29,814 nt of DNA from IMG/VR virus record IMGVR_UViG_3300022217_000109, positions 1-29,814 of that record. One strand, given 5' to 3'. The notes under the pieces were generated by a model. That model did no database searches, was not told the origin of the DNA, and saw nothing but the letters and a program-made list of their open reading frames with translations. The position numbers and the translations under genes were made by a program. The DNA comes from a virus (Duplodnaviria; Caudoviricetes). Numbering within the stretch: the first letter of the stretch is position 1; the number at the start of each line of letters is the position of its first letter. Below are positions 1-9,364 of the stretch, one piece after another.

Positions 1-770
1 TCTACTGTGGCTGGAAAAACCGCCCCCGTAAGGTCTGCGGTTATGGTGGCTACACCATCAACAAGCGACTCTTGAGCAGGGAATACTGTGCTGTTGTTAT
101 CTATAACAAAGGGGTTATGTAGCCTCAATACTGGAGTACTGTCATCCATTATCTTAGCGCCCTCAAGGGTCAATCCCCCGTTAAGCTCAAACCTGAACTG
201 CCACTCCGCATCACCTGTCCACCCTGCTTTAAGGATGATTTCAGGCTTGAATCCGTCCGGCCCCATCTTGAGGCTCCACCGTGTAAATGCTTGATCTATA
301 TATATCTCAAAGTGATCAGCATCTATCTGATTGGCTGTAGATACTTGGTCTGCCATCCCTGAGATTTGAATGTACTTTGTCTGGTCACCCGCTACAGGGA
401 AAACCCTGACGGTTGATGTATTGGTTTTAACCAGATACCCCGGCGTATTATCAAACCATCTCCAATTCCCCTGAACCTCTCCCTCTGCCCATGTAAAATC
501 CCACGGACGGCAATCGCCTCCGAAAAATGGCTGCGTCCAGATGTCTATATCCCCACCTGTTTTAATCGAACGGGTGCCATCCCCGTTATCGTACCGCTCT
601 GCATTACAGGTGCGCTCAATTAATACAGGGTCAGAAACAACTGCTAGGGTTTTCCGTGCAATGAGCGCTTCCTCCGTTGCTGCCTCAATCTCAGCCCCCG
701 GCGCAAGCCATCGCCCGAACCTAACCCATAAAGATTTTAAATAGCCCCATATTTTATCAATGGTGTTCAT
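1..770 (-). CDS. Partial (runs off window) beta-rich protein with WapA/RHS-type N-terminal region; probable virion or surface protein
   Basis: Hand translation from ATG at 770 is open to base 1: MNTIDKIWGYLK...ERTCNAERYDNGDGT...ADLTGAVFPATVD. It resembles the RTxNxxxYxNxDGT ... YPVxIDP signature. Not in the ORF track because there is no stop in the window. Confidence 0.6.
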   Translation of the reverse strand, partial: MNTIDKIWGYLKSLWVRFGRWLAPGAEIEAATEEALIARKTLAVVSDPVLIERTCNAERYDNGDGTRSIKTGGDIDIWTQPFFGGDCRPWDFTWAEGEVQGNWRWFDNTPGYLVKTNTSTVRVFPVAGDQTKYIQISGMADQVSTANQIDADHFEIYIDQAFTRWSLKMGPDGFKPEIILKAGWTGDAEWQFRFELNGGLTLEGAKIMDDSTPVLRLHNPFVIDNNSTVFPAQESLVDGVATITADLTGAVFPATV

Positions 771-772
771 GT

Positions 773-1183
773 TTATCCCATATTAGCCATAAAGGTTATA
801 AAACCAAATATGATAGATAAAACTCCTAGCAGCAAAAGTACCCCGCCCTTGCTTATCTTCGTGTCTATCTTTTTATCGCATGACTCTTTCTGCTGGCTGC
901 ACTTTTCGCTTTCCGCCTTAGTTGCCATACCAATAGCTAATCCATCCACCTTATCGAACAGTTTTTCTATCTGGTCTTTCCTGTCCTGCCTGTCGCGCTC
1001 TATATTTTCATTCACATGCTTTAATTGCATGGTCTGTTCTATCATTGCATCGTGAGTTTCCCTATGGCTTTTCTTTATCTCTGCATAGTCCCCCTTAACT
1101 GCCGCAATAGCTCCGCTAAACTGGCTCATCATCTTGAGTCCCTCTTCTACCTGTTCGTGGATGTCTGGCTGGTCTGAGCACAT
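773..1183 (-). CDS. Coiled-coil protein with C-terminal transmembrane helix (holin/XhlA-like membrane protein)
   Basis: Heptad-rich body followed by hydrophobic GGVLLLLGVLSIIFGFITFM; lies after the ejection genes. Confidence 0.5.
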   Translation of the reverse strand: MCSDQPDIHEQVEEGLKMMSQFSGAIAAVKGDYAEIKKSHRETHDAMIEQTMQLKHVNENIERDRQDRKDQIEKLFDKVDGLAIGMATKAESEKCSQQKESCDKKIDTKISKGGVLLLLGVLSIIFGFITFMANMG

Positions 1184-1189
1184 AGTTAT

Positions 1190-2821
1190 CTATTGCCCTG
1201 CGCGGGCCTTCCTTTCCTCTTCTGTCGCCTGTAGGCCACGCAGAGAGTTAATAAGCGTCTGAGACAATGCGCCTCCGGGGTCTTGTTGTAATCCTGCCCC
1301 CAGCTTTTGTAGAATGTTTCCGCCTGCCGTTCCTGCTCTAGCCGCTAACGTGGGAGATGCCAACCCCTCTGCAATGTCGGCGGGTGTTTCGCCAAATTCA
1401 GAGACAAACTGAGTCAGCCTGTCTTGAATGCCACGGGCGGTTTTAGTAGGCTTGTCTATCGTTCTGGCAATCTGCCGCCCCGTTGCCAAGTCGCTCACAT
1501 TCACCCCGGACAACTCCTCTATGCGCTGTAGTGCCTGACTCTTAACGTCTTCACCTTTTTTAGCCACTAGCAGGAGGCTGTTAATCTTTGTGCCCTCTTT
1601 GCCCTTGGATTTCAGCCCCAGCTCTATTAAATCCTTGTCCAGCCTGTCAAACCTGGGTGCAAAGTCTTTGGCTATCTGCTTGAATCCCGGCTTAACAGAC
1701 TCCACCGCATCATTGTATGTGCCTATAAAGGAATCAATGACCTGCTGCCCCTTCTGAGTGTCCATAATGGGACGCGTGTCTCTGATGCGCTCCTGTCTGA
1801 ATCTCTCCGCCTCGTCAAGCGATACTATGGGGTTTTGGGTTACTTGGTCATCTACGTTAGATTCTACCCACTCGCGTAGCTTCTTTTGGTCGTCTGCCGT
1901 CAGTCCGCCCCTGAGTTTTTCTGATTTCAGCTTGCCGTTTTTGCCTCGTTTGATACCAAACCCCTCAAGCCTTGAATCAAACTTGGTTTGCGCTATACGA
2001 AGGTCTACGGGGTCATCTATGCCCAATGCTTGCAGTCTGCCCCGGAACTCCGTATTAAGGGCGTTTCTGGCCCCTGTAGTGGCCTCCTGCGCCCTCTGGA
2101 GTAGCGCCACATCATCTATTTGACCAGTTACCGCCCCTTGGAAGTCCGGGGAGTTTTTGCGTACTATATCAATAGCGTCAGGAGATACGCCCAAGTCCCC
2201 CGCAAGCCTACGGGTGATATTGGTGGTTTTGCGTTCCAGCGCCTTGCCTATGGCCCTTCTGGGCTTAGTTGCGGCCCTGCCTATTACATTAAATTTCCCT
2301 AGCCCTGTGGCTCTTAATGTAGGCGCTACCACTGCTCCCACACTCAATACAGTACTAACGGGCTTTTCGCTGAAAGCGCCCACCGGGTCTGTTACGATTC
2401 TATCCACTTCACCCGCAAGTTCCGCGCCTGCCGCCTCTGCTGTTGGCTCCGCCTCTGGGAATTGCTTTGAAAGGGCATCGCCCAATAGAGAGGTCAGGGC
2501 ATCGCTTCCGTCTTCCTCGACCCCTATGGGTATTGTCTCCTGTCCCGCTGCACGTAGGCTTTTGATAACAGCTCCCGTGCCGAGATTGCCAAGCGTTTTA
2601 ATGGTCTGCTTGGGACTTGTCGCGGCCTGTACTATCCCGCCAACCCGCTCTACAAGGTCTTGGAAAAACCGCCCACCAAAGGTTTCCTGTCTAAGTGGCG
2701 CTCCAGTTTCAGCCCCTGCCGCACGGGTTATGCCGGGCTGCTGTACGTCCACGGGCCTTAGTGTTACCTCCCGTGCCCCTTTTGGCTGGCTTACTGGAAC
2801 CAACTTGACCTGTCTAGCCAT
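1190..2821 (-). CDS. Putative internal virion/ejection protein
   Basis: 543 aa, Ala/Gly/Gln/Arg-rich, no Cys, helical character; position after the tail and GNAT genes as in podoviruses. Confidence 0.6.
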   Translation of the reverse strand: MARQVKLVPVSQPKGAREVTLRPVDVQQPGITRAAGAETGAPLRQETFGGRFFQDLVERVGGIVQAATSPKQTIKTLGNLGTGAVIKSLRAAGQETIPIGVEEDGSDALTSLLGDALSKQFPEAEPTAEAAGAELAGEVDRIVTDPVGAFSEKPVSTVLSVGAVVAPTLRATGLGKFNVIGRAATKPRRAIGKALERKTTNITRRLAGDLGVSPDAIDIVRKNSPDFQGAVTGQIDDVALLQRAQEATTGARNALNTEFRGRLQALGIDDPVDLRIAQTKFDSRLEGFGIKRGKNGKLKSEKLRGGLTADDQKKLREWVESNVDDQVTQNPIVSLDEAERFRQERIRDTRPIMDTQKGQQVIDSFIGTYNDAVESVKPGFKQIAKDFAPRFDRLDKDLIELGLKSKGKEGTKINSLLLVAKKGEDVKSQALQRIEELSGVNVSDLATGRQIARTIDKPTKTARGIQDRLTQFVSEFGETPADIAEGLASPTLAARAGTAGGNILQKLGAGLQQDPGGALSQTLINSLRGLQATEEERKARAGQ

Positions 2822-4002
2822 TATTGGGCCTCCACTACTGTCCCATCTGGCAATGTATACGTTCCATCATCATTGGGGGGTATTTGCTGCCCTTGGAAAT
2901 TCAGTGTATTGTCCTCGTTTAGCGTTCCCGTTACCTCACTAGAGGGCTGTTGACTTGCCTGTCTTAGTTGATCGGCGATAGACGTAACTGTAATCCCCTT
3001 TTTCTGTAGCTGTTGTGGGGTTGCTCTCTGTTCAAGCATTGTGTCTTTAAATATCTTCAATGCCTCAAGGTTGACCTCCATGTCCGTTAATTTAGACTGG
3101 AATGTGCTAAAAGAATCATTCGTATGGGAAGGTATCGCCTGCTCCAGCCTTTTCAGTTCCTGCTCACTGGCTGCCGCACCTGTAATTTCTTTTCTGTAGG
3201 CATTAAAGAATTGGTCGTTTCTTTGAACAAAGGCAGCCTTTGCCTGCACAAATTCACGGTTGTCTGCAAATCCCATACTCTGGGGAGTTACACCTAGTTT
3301 CTCAAAGAACTTGGTTGCTCCAGCCTCTGCTTTCCCTTTGAATGTAAAAAACTCCGGACGCATGCTACCGCGAAGCTGTGATAAATCGCTGAGTTGCTTT
3401 TCCAGTCCTACAGTTTCCGTAACCAACTTGTCTACTACCTTCTTAGACAGCTTGCCATCGTCCCCTATGTTTATATTCACACCTGACGAGACATGGGGTT
3501 GGTATCCATCGCTTATGGCCTTTTCTCTTTCCGTGGGATTGTTCAGATCAACAAACCTTGTGGACACTTTCCCATCTGCTCCCTGCTTAGAAAAAACCTT
3601 TTGGCTGGGTTCCAGGGCATCAGGCTTTTCTAACGAACTGCCTAGTAACTTTCTGAATAAAACCGCACCCTCTGGACTCTGCGATAACGCGCCTGAAAGC
3701 TGGGATCGCAACGCTTCGGCCTGTGGGTCTACATCAATGAACCTTTCTGTCTCTGGAGTCTCTGGCAGAAAGGGGCCAGCCTGCTCTTGCAAGTCTCCCT
3801 GCAATCCTTGGGGAAGAGCACCTAACCGATTCAGTAGGTCTATCCCCGGATCTATCTCCTCAAGCCTTTCTTTCTCTCTGCGTTTCTCCGCTACCCCTGT
3901 AAGCTCAAGGATAGCGCCAAGGTCTATCCCTACATTCGTCTGCCGGGCATTACGAGAGAATCCAGGGGAGGGGACTATTATGGGCTGTGGTCGCCGTGCC
4001 AT
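2821..4002 (-). CDS. Putative ejection (DNA transfer) protein
   Basis: 393 aa helical protein with RKEITGAAASEQE-type segment seen in podovirus ejection proteins; TAATG-coupled to both neighbours. Confidence 0.6.
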   Translation of the reverse strand: MARRPQPIIVPSPGFSRNARQTNVGIDLGAILELTGVAEKRREKERLEEIDPGIDLLNRLGALPQGLQGDLQEQAGPFLPETPETERFIDVDPQAEALRSQLSGALSQSPEGAVLFRKLLGSSLEKPDALEPSQKVFSKQGADGKVSTRFVDLNNPTEREKAISDGYQPHVSSGVNINIGDDGKLSKKVVDKLVTETVGLEKQLSDLSQLRGSMRPEFFTFKGKAEAGATKFFEKLGVTPQSMGFADNREFVQAKAAFVQRNDQFFNAYRKEITGAAASEQELKRLEQAIPSHTNDSFSTFQSKLTDMEVNLEALKIFKDTMLEQRATPQQLQKKGITVTSIADQLRQASQQPSSEVTGTLNEDNTLNFQGQQIPPNDDGTYTLPDGTVVEAQ

Positions 4003-4412
4003 TACCCACCAACCCCAAAGTCAAATCCACGCTCACGGGATGTCTGACCAGCAACGACCTGTGGAGATGCCAACCCGGCAAGCTCAAGCAATGACTGTAC
4101 TTGACCGCCCCTGTTCTGCACTCTCTGTTGCCTGAAATTCAAAAGGGCGGGAGCGATTGATGACGCTATGCTCTCCGCCGATGGAGCGCCAAGCCCCCTT
4201 ATGGCAGTATTGGCCCCTGTAAGGTCTATCAGCTCGCTTATTAGCTGATTCTCTGCATCCGTGCGCCCTCCAAACCCTACGTCCTGCCCTAACAGGTCTT
4301 GGATGTTCAGCCCTATCTCACGGGGCTTGTTTGGATCGCCCGCCCCAAAGATACCCGGTAGCTGCCTAACGTCCAAGTTAGACTTTGCGCTACTTGACCC
4401 TAAACTTACCAT
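4002..4412 (-). CDS. Putative small ejection protein
   Basis: Gly/Ser-rich 136 aa (MVSLGSSSAKS...GFDFGVGG), first gene after the GNAT; P22 gp7-like position. Confidence 0.5.
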   Translation of the reverse strand: MVSLGSSSAKSNLDVRQLPGIFGAGDPNKPREIGLNIQDLLGQDVGFGGRTDAENQLISELIDLTGANTAIRGLGAPSAESIASSIAPALLNFRQQRVQNRGGQVQSLLELAGLASPQVVAGQTSRERGFDFGVGG

Positions 4413-4413
4413 A

Positions 4414-4851
4414 TTAATCCTCCCTGTGATAGGTTATTTGCACTGCCTTATAACCCCGTCTGCCCCATATCTTGGGCAGTCTTTTATCAAACGCCGTTTC
4501 AAACATTATGTGCCTTACTCCTGAGACTTCTGCCCACTCTTCGAAAGCCTTGATTAATTCCATGCCATCGCCCCGTGGCTCGATATATGCGCCCTCACAC
4601 GTGGCTATCGGCTCACTTATGCCATAGTCACGGTATATTATTTTCCCGTTTATAAACCCGTTTATCTCTCCATTGTCTGACACTGCTACAAATCCATCTG
4701 ACATCTCTATCTGAGCTATTATATTGAGAAAGAATCTCTTCTCTTCCCGCTCGTCAAGGCGGACAAATGGCAGGTTGAGTTCTTTCTGCATTTTAACCCA
4801 TAGTCCCACTATGTCCTGCGCGTCCCATATAGTAGCTTCTCTTATCATCAA
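4414..4851 (-). CDS. GNAT-fold acetyltransferase-like protein
   Basis: MIREAT start, VAVSDNGEINGF, AYIEPRGDGMELIKAFEEWA, WGRRGY; typical slot before ejection genes. Confidence 0.75.
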   Translation of the reverse strand: MMIREATIWDAQDIVGLWVKMQKELNLPFVRLDEREEKRFFLNIIAQIEMSDGFVAVSDNGEINGFINGKIIYRDYGISEPIATCEGAYIEPRGDGMELIKAFEEWAEVSGVRHIMFETAFDKRLPKIWGRRGYKAVQITYHRED

Positions 4852-5348
4852 AATTTCCCGCTGAACTTCAATCCCGGTGTCCCGTTATCAAATGTCATAA
4901 ATGATAAATCCTTATTAGGCCCAAGTCCCTTGTCAAAGGCTTTAAGCATATCGGAGATGCCGGAAATCAATAGAGCCGCTTGCATGACTTTTTCTGCCTT
5001 CTTGCCCTTCACCTGCCTCATGTTATAAACATCACCGCCTTCGCCATTAATGCCCTTAGGCATAAGTGCGTAGCCTATTTTATTAAGTCCTGATATCGCC
5101 CTCGATGATTTCTTGTCCTTGCCAAACTCATTCCCAAGCGATACCGCCAAGTCTTGACCCTCAAATCCCCCACCAAACATCTTAGCAAATTCGTTGGGAT
5201 TGTCCTTGATAATCGCAGGACTATGTGCTAATCCGTTTTGCATTCTCATGGACAATCCAGCCTCTCTGCCTGATTTAAAGTGCCCCAATTCATGCCCGCC
5301 TAAAATCAATGGGATTGTTGCCAAAATCTCCAATATAGACCTAGCCAT
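4848..5348 (-). CDS. Hypothetical membrane-associated protein with HExxH motif
   Basis: Hydrophobic N-terminal helix followed by HELGH; coupled to both neighbours. Confidence 0.5.
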   Translation of the reverse strand: MARSILEILATIPLILGGHELGHFKSGREAGLSMRMQNGLAHSPAIIKDNPNEFAKMFGGGFEGQDLAVSLGNEFGKDKKSSRAISGLNKIGYALMPKGINGEGGDVYNMRQVKGKKAEKVMQAALLISGISDMLKAFDKGLGPNKDLSFMTFDNGTPGLKFSGKF

Positions 5349-5917
5349 TATACCTCATAGGTTATGACAACCCACCCTCTATTAAAAGATGTAGAATCGT
5401 AAGAAACACTATCGAAGTCTCCCCCTGTTAAACGAACTAAGTTGACATTGGTAGAATCAATATTACCCACAGCGCCCTGTGGTGTAGTATCTGCCGCTCC
5501 AGCGGGGGCATTAAGAGGCTTATTGGAAACGCTACTATCATCCCTAATCATGGCTATGGCGCTTCTAATATTTATAAATGATGCCGAAAGCCCATGGGCT
5601 ACATTAACGGAGGCTGTGCCATCCATGTCCCAATCGCCGATATCCTTAACTATTTTCTTTAACGCCGTGCCATCAGTTTTCACAATTACACTTGTATGCG
5701 TCCCGTCTGTGTTATGCTCAGTTTGTAGGAATGTTTTAACATCTGCCTTGCTCCCCGCCGGGTCTGTCCCTAGCTCATTTTCAATCGCAACTATGGCAGC
5801 CGCAAGGTCGTTGGGCACATCAGCCCGTGCCAGTGTACTATTATCGGTTTCTTTTATTGTGTCGGTATCTAATGTGCTCGGATAATCAGAGCCGCCACCG
5901 CTTCCAAGTTCTGCCAT
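5348..5917 (-). CDS. Tail fibre/receptor-binding protein 2
   Basis: N-terminal ~75 aa paralogous to 5926..6822; C-terminal IGDWDMDG...VAHGL...NRGWVVITY beta-rich tip domain. Confidence 0.65.
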   Translation of the reverse strand: MAELGSGGGSDYPSTLDTDTIKETDNSTLARADVPNDLAAAIVAIENELGTDPAGSKADVKTFLQTEHNTDGTHTSVIVKTDGTALKKIVKDIGDWDMDGTASVNVAHGLSASFINIRSAIAMIRDDSSVSNKPLNAPAGAADTTPQGAVGNIDSTNVNLVRLTGGDFDSVSYDSTSFNRGWVVITYEV

Positions 5918-5925
5918 ATTATCTC

Positions 5926-6822
5926 CTAATCCAGTTTCCTATAATGAAAAACAGACGTTCCAGAGCTAGTAGAAAATCGAACATCTGACCCGTCAGTAAA
6001 GAACGCTCCACCACCGCCGCCCGTGGACACTGTGCTGCTTGACCACCCTCCCCCTGTAGCAACTTCCATTTTCCAGTTACCAGATGTAACCTCAACAGCA
6101 AACGTATACCATCCTGCTGCGGGAGTCCATGTAGTTGAAGCCACGGACTGAGAGCCATACGTTGAGGCAGTTGCAAGCCCATCACTTACAACTGCGCCTG
6201 TGTTGATTTTAGAAGAGGTAATCGAATCATCCCTTATCTTGGCGGCATAAACACTGCTATAAGACACCATGCGCCACTTACCCGTGTCGTACTCAACAAA
6301 CTCTGCCTCATCTCCTGCCACCGTGGTAATGTTAGCCCCGCCTATCAGGAAAAAATTGGTAGCATGGTGTGTAAGCTGCAACGCCCCGTCAAAGTGTAGT
6401 TTAATCTGCGTGCCTATGCCTATGGACGTTATGCCCGTTACTGTGGTCGTTCCCGTGATATCAAAGTAATTCCCTGCCCCAAGGCTTAGAGTTGTGGCAC
6501 TGGCAACGTCTGAACCCTTTGTGGTGCGCAGGGTTTCACTGAACAGCTTCTCTCCTGTAATGGTCTGACTGCCCGCAATCATAACTACCTTGCTTGTGTC
6601 GTGCGTCCCGTTGGTGTTGTGCTCAATCTGGAGGTATGATTTGACATCCGCAACTGTACCTGACGGATTAGTGCCTAACTCGTTCTCAATGGCTACGATT
6701 GCCGCCCCCAAGTCGTTGGGTACGTCAGCCCGTACCAGAGTCGAACCGTCAACCTCTAGTGTGTTGTCAGTGTCTAACGCACTCGGATAGTCTGTCCCGT
6801 TTCCACTTCCAAGTTCTGCCAT
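5926..6822 (-). CDS. Tail fibre/receptor-binding protein 1
   Basis: Directly after the nozzle; AIVAIENELG coiled anchor, QTITGEKLF fibre motif, GSDVASATTLSLGAGNYFDITGTTTVT module, Thr/Ser/Gly-rich. Confidence 0.7.
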   Translation of the reverse strand: MAELGSGNGTDYPSALDTDNTLEVDGSTLVRADVPNDLGAAIVAIENELGTNPSGTVADVKSYLQIEHNTNGTHDTSKVVMIAGSQTITGEKLFSETLRTTKGSDVASATTLSLGAGNYFDITGTTTVTGITSIGIGTQIKLHFDGALQLTHHATNFFLIGGANITTVAGDEAEFVEYDTGKWRMVSYSSVYAAKIRDDSITSSKINTGAVVSDGLATASTYGSQSVASTTWTPAAGWYTFAVEVTSGNWKMEVATGGGWSSSTVSTGGGGGAFFTDGSDVRFSTSSGTSVFHYRKLD

Positions 6823-8426
6823 TATCCAAACTCCTTAGATTGCTCTACCGCCTTGGCGGATAGTGAGAATAGCTTAAAATCGTTATCGCTTGACGAATTG
6901 GTAAGGGTAATACACATTCGTCTGGGCCATATTGCAGGGTCAATTGCAAGCTGCTTACGGGTGCGCCCAAAGTCATTCCAATTAAATGCACCCCAATTCT
7001 GCGCCCCCCACAAAACAGCAGACGTTTGAAGCTGAAAGTTTACAGCCGATTTCAACAGCCCCGTAATGTCGTTGAATGACACAGAAACAGAATCGTCCGT
7101 GTCCAGAAACTCAGCCTCTATCATATCTATCTGCTTACGGAAAGAGTGATTATTCAGCGGGTTGTAGTATGTTTTAATCGAGCACGTGATGGCATTTGCC
7201 GAACCATCGGACACCGTTATATCTGACCTCGTTGTGTCCTTGCTTATCTCGTATACATACCCCTTGTCCTGCCCTTCTCCTGCGTAATGCTGTCCAATAT
7301 CCCCTGTTCCAGTAAGAGTAATCATCGGGCCTATGCTCTGCCCTATCATTGGGCCATACCACGGGCCAAAGTGACCATCTGCGTCTATCTGGAGTCTGGT
7401 AATATCAAGCCACCATTGCTCTGTGTTATAGGAACCGCCCGACTTGGTAATGCTCAACTTGTAAAATCCGTCGTGATAAACTGCGCTTGCGTTTGTAAGC
7501 TGTCCAGCGGGGATATTATCTATCCCTGTGATGTCTCCCTGCGCAGACTGTACTTTAGAGCCAACGGCTATGGGCGTAGCAGAATCAAAGGGAAGGATGT
7601 AAACCTGCTTGTCTATCCCCAGCCACATAGTCCCCTTTGGAGTCCATGCCATCGTGCGGGGAGATTCGCAGCCAACGTCTATCCCAAGGGTATAGATTGT
7701 ATAATCGCCTGTAGTGGCGGGAGTTCTCAGGTCGGTTCCGCTGAACAGGTGCATGCCATTTGCCCCCGCAAGTAGCACCTGCGTTTCAATCCCCGCTGTG
7801 GTATTATTGAGCGAATGATTTATCATGCCAAACAGCTGAGTATCGGGGATTACTTCGGTGGTCGCGGGAGGCACCCAATCTGCCGCCGCATCGCTGAAAG
7901 AGTCCGACCATCCAAGCCCACCCGGATTGGTGTTGTCTATGGATAACAGCCTGTCCTGATATGGTAGGGTCTGAATCACGCTGGAGGGCAATGTGCCCCC
8001 TGACAAAGTAACCGCGCTAGAGCCGTCCCATGAGTACAGTTCGTCCGTACCATTGCTGATATATACCTTATCCAGTCCGCCCCATGTAGACATATGCACT
8101 TCCTGCTCGTCCGTCAGTCCAGTAACCACATTTGTCCAGGAAGAGCCATCGAGATATTTAACCGTAGTCCCGGCAGCGGCAAGTAACTGCTTTGTCCCAT
8201 CTGTTTTGTAGTACCTGTGAAGTCCTTTAACGGGCTTGTCCGCCACTACCTCTGTAGATGTAATCAGGTCTTGTCCGCCACGCTTTGCCATACCATCTGC
8301 CCATATAAGGTTCTGAGCTTTCAGGCACTCTTCTTTGTCCAGCGTAGTTACGTTTTTACGCAGGTTTACCCCTAGCCTCGGCATGGGGTATTCTGCTATA
8401 AACGCCTCTGTAGTCTTAATCGGCAT
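6822..8426 (-). CDS. Tail nozzle/DNA stabilisation protein (P22 gp10/T7 gp12-like, probable beta-propeller)
   Basis: GVNLR...AQNLIW..GMAKRGG N-terminus, beta-rich ~534 aa, follows the adaptor; start placed at the TAATG overlap (8426). Confidence 0.75.
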   Translation of the reverse strand: MPIKTTEAFIAEYPMPRLGVNLRKNVTTLDKEECLKAQNLIWADGMAKRGGQDLITSTEVVADKPVKGLHRYYKTDGTKQLLAAAGTTVKYLDGSSWTNVVTGLTDEQEVHMSTWGGLDKVYISNGTDELYSWDGSSAVTLSGGTLPSSVIQTLPYQDRLLSIDNTNPGGLGWSDSFSDAAADWVPPATTEVIPDTQLFGMINHSLNNTTAGIETQVLLAGANGMHLFSGTDLRTPATTGDYTIYTLGIDVGCESPRTMAWTPKGTMWLGIDKQVYILPFDSATPIAVGSKVQSAQGDITGIDNIPAGQLTNASAVYHDGFYKLSITKSGGSYNTEQWWLDITRLQIDADGHFGPWYGPMIGQSIGPMITLTGTGDIGQHYAGEGQDKGYVYEISKDTTRSDITVSDGSANAITCSIKTYYNPLNNHSFRKQIDMIEAEFLDTDDSVSVSFNDITGLLKSAVNFQLQTSAVLWGAQNWGAFNWNDFGRTRKQLAIDPAIWPRRMCITLTNSSSDNDFKLFSLSAKAVEQSKEFG

Positions 8427-9361
8427 TAAATGCACCCCGATGGAAAGTTTTGACCATACCTGGATGGCAACCTTGGGCCTCTGACTCCACTGAAATTCCG
8501 TGTGCCCTCGAATTGACGCAGCTTATTTATTTTGCGCTTATTCGCCTTTTCCGCTATTTTCAGCATGTTTCGGTAATTTATCTGCTTTCTGTCTGCTTCA
8601 TCAAACTTATTGAGGAAATCAAGTATCTGTGACCACGCCCAATATATCAGGCAGTTCTCCACCTCGATAGGCAATAGAGAGGTATCAGTGTTCGCTGTGA
8701 AAGCAGTGGGCAGCGCATAATACCTCTCTCTAACAGAATACGTCCCAGCAGGGATGGGGTAGAATCTGATGTAGTCACCATTTAGAGCGTAATGTGTCGG
8801 GTTAGCTGTCTCTGAGCTATCGGGGTCTACCTCGTCAAATGTAACGTCATCATCTGGGATTAAGAATGTATCGTTGGTCAAGTCCATCAGGGCGAATGTC
8901 CGCGCCCAATCGGATGCCACGGGATAGGTTATTGCCGTTATGGTTACGGTTTCCCCCGCTACCTCTGCTGTTAGGTTGTCGGCGCTCTGGAGAGTCAGGG
9001 TTCCAGCCGCCACCGTGTCTACGGTGTAAGTGCCATCGTTGGAGGTCGAGCCGGACACATACACCTGCATGCCACTTGAGAAACTACCAAATCCGTTGGC
9101 TGAGTCCGTAATGGTATCGGGGTTAGCATCATTAAAGGCTATGGTAGCGGCCTTATACGTCACGGTGTCAAACTCCCGCGTTTTATACAGGGAATACCAC
9201 TCGATGCCCTCGGTATAAAGCAGGTTCTGCCCCTCGTTGAGAAACTGCAATATCATGTCAGAATGACTCCCAGCCGTAAGTGCAGAAATATCAGTTACTT
9301 CGCTCTGCCCTATTCTTGAGAGTATTCTGTTAACAAGTTCAAGTGCTGTCTGCTTTGCCAT
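8426..9361 (-). CDS. Head-tail adaptor (P22 gp4/T7 gp11-like) with inserted beta domain
   Basis: TALELVNRILSRIG N-terminus, NPTHYAL...IRFYPIP, LIYWAW; internal insert with VSGSTSNDGTYTV. Confidence 0.75.
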   Translation of the reverse strand: MAKQTALELVNRILSRIGQSEVTDISALTAGSHSDMILQFLNEGQNLLYTEGIEWYSLYKTREFDTVTYKAATIAFNDANPDTITDSANGFGSFSSGMQVYVSGSTSNDGTYTVDTVAAGTLTLQSADNLTAEVAGETVTITAITYPVASDWARTFALMDLTNDTFLIPDDDVTFDEVDPDSSETANPTHYALNGDYIRFYPIPAGTYSVRERYYALPTAFTANTDTSLLPIEVENCLIYWAWSQILDFLNKFDEADRKQINYRNMLKIAEKANKRKINKLRQFEGTRNFSGVRGPRLPSRYGQNFPSGCI

Positions 9362-9364
9362 CTC

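Noticed and set aside
5919-6185. Alternative-frame ORF as a programmed frameshift product of fibre 1
   Set aside because: No clear slippery site, implausible composition, and it stops before fibre 2
5348-6822. Diversity-generating retroelement or shufflon behind the duplicated fibre region
   Set aside because: The similarity is N-terminal and protein-level, with no adenine-specific mismatch pattern noticed and no RT, invertase or inverted repeats in the window
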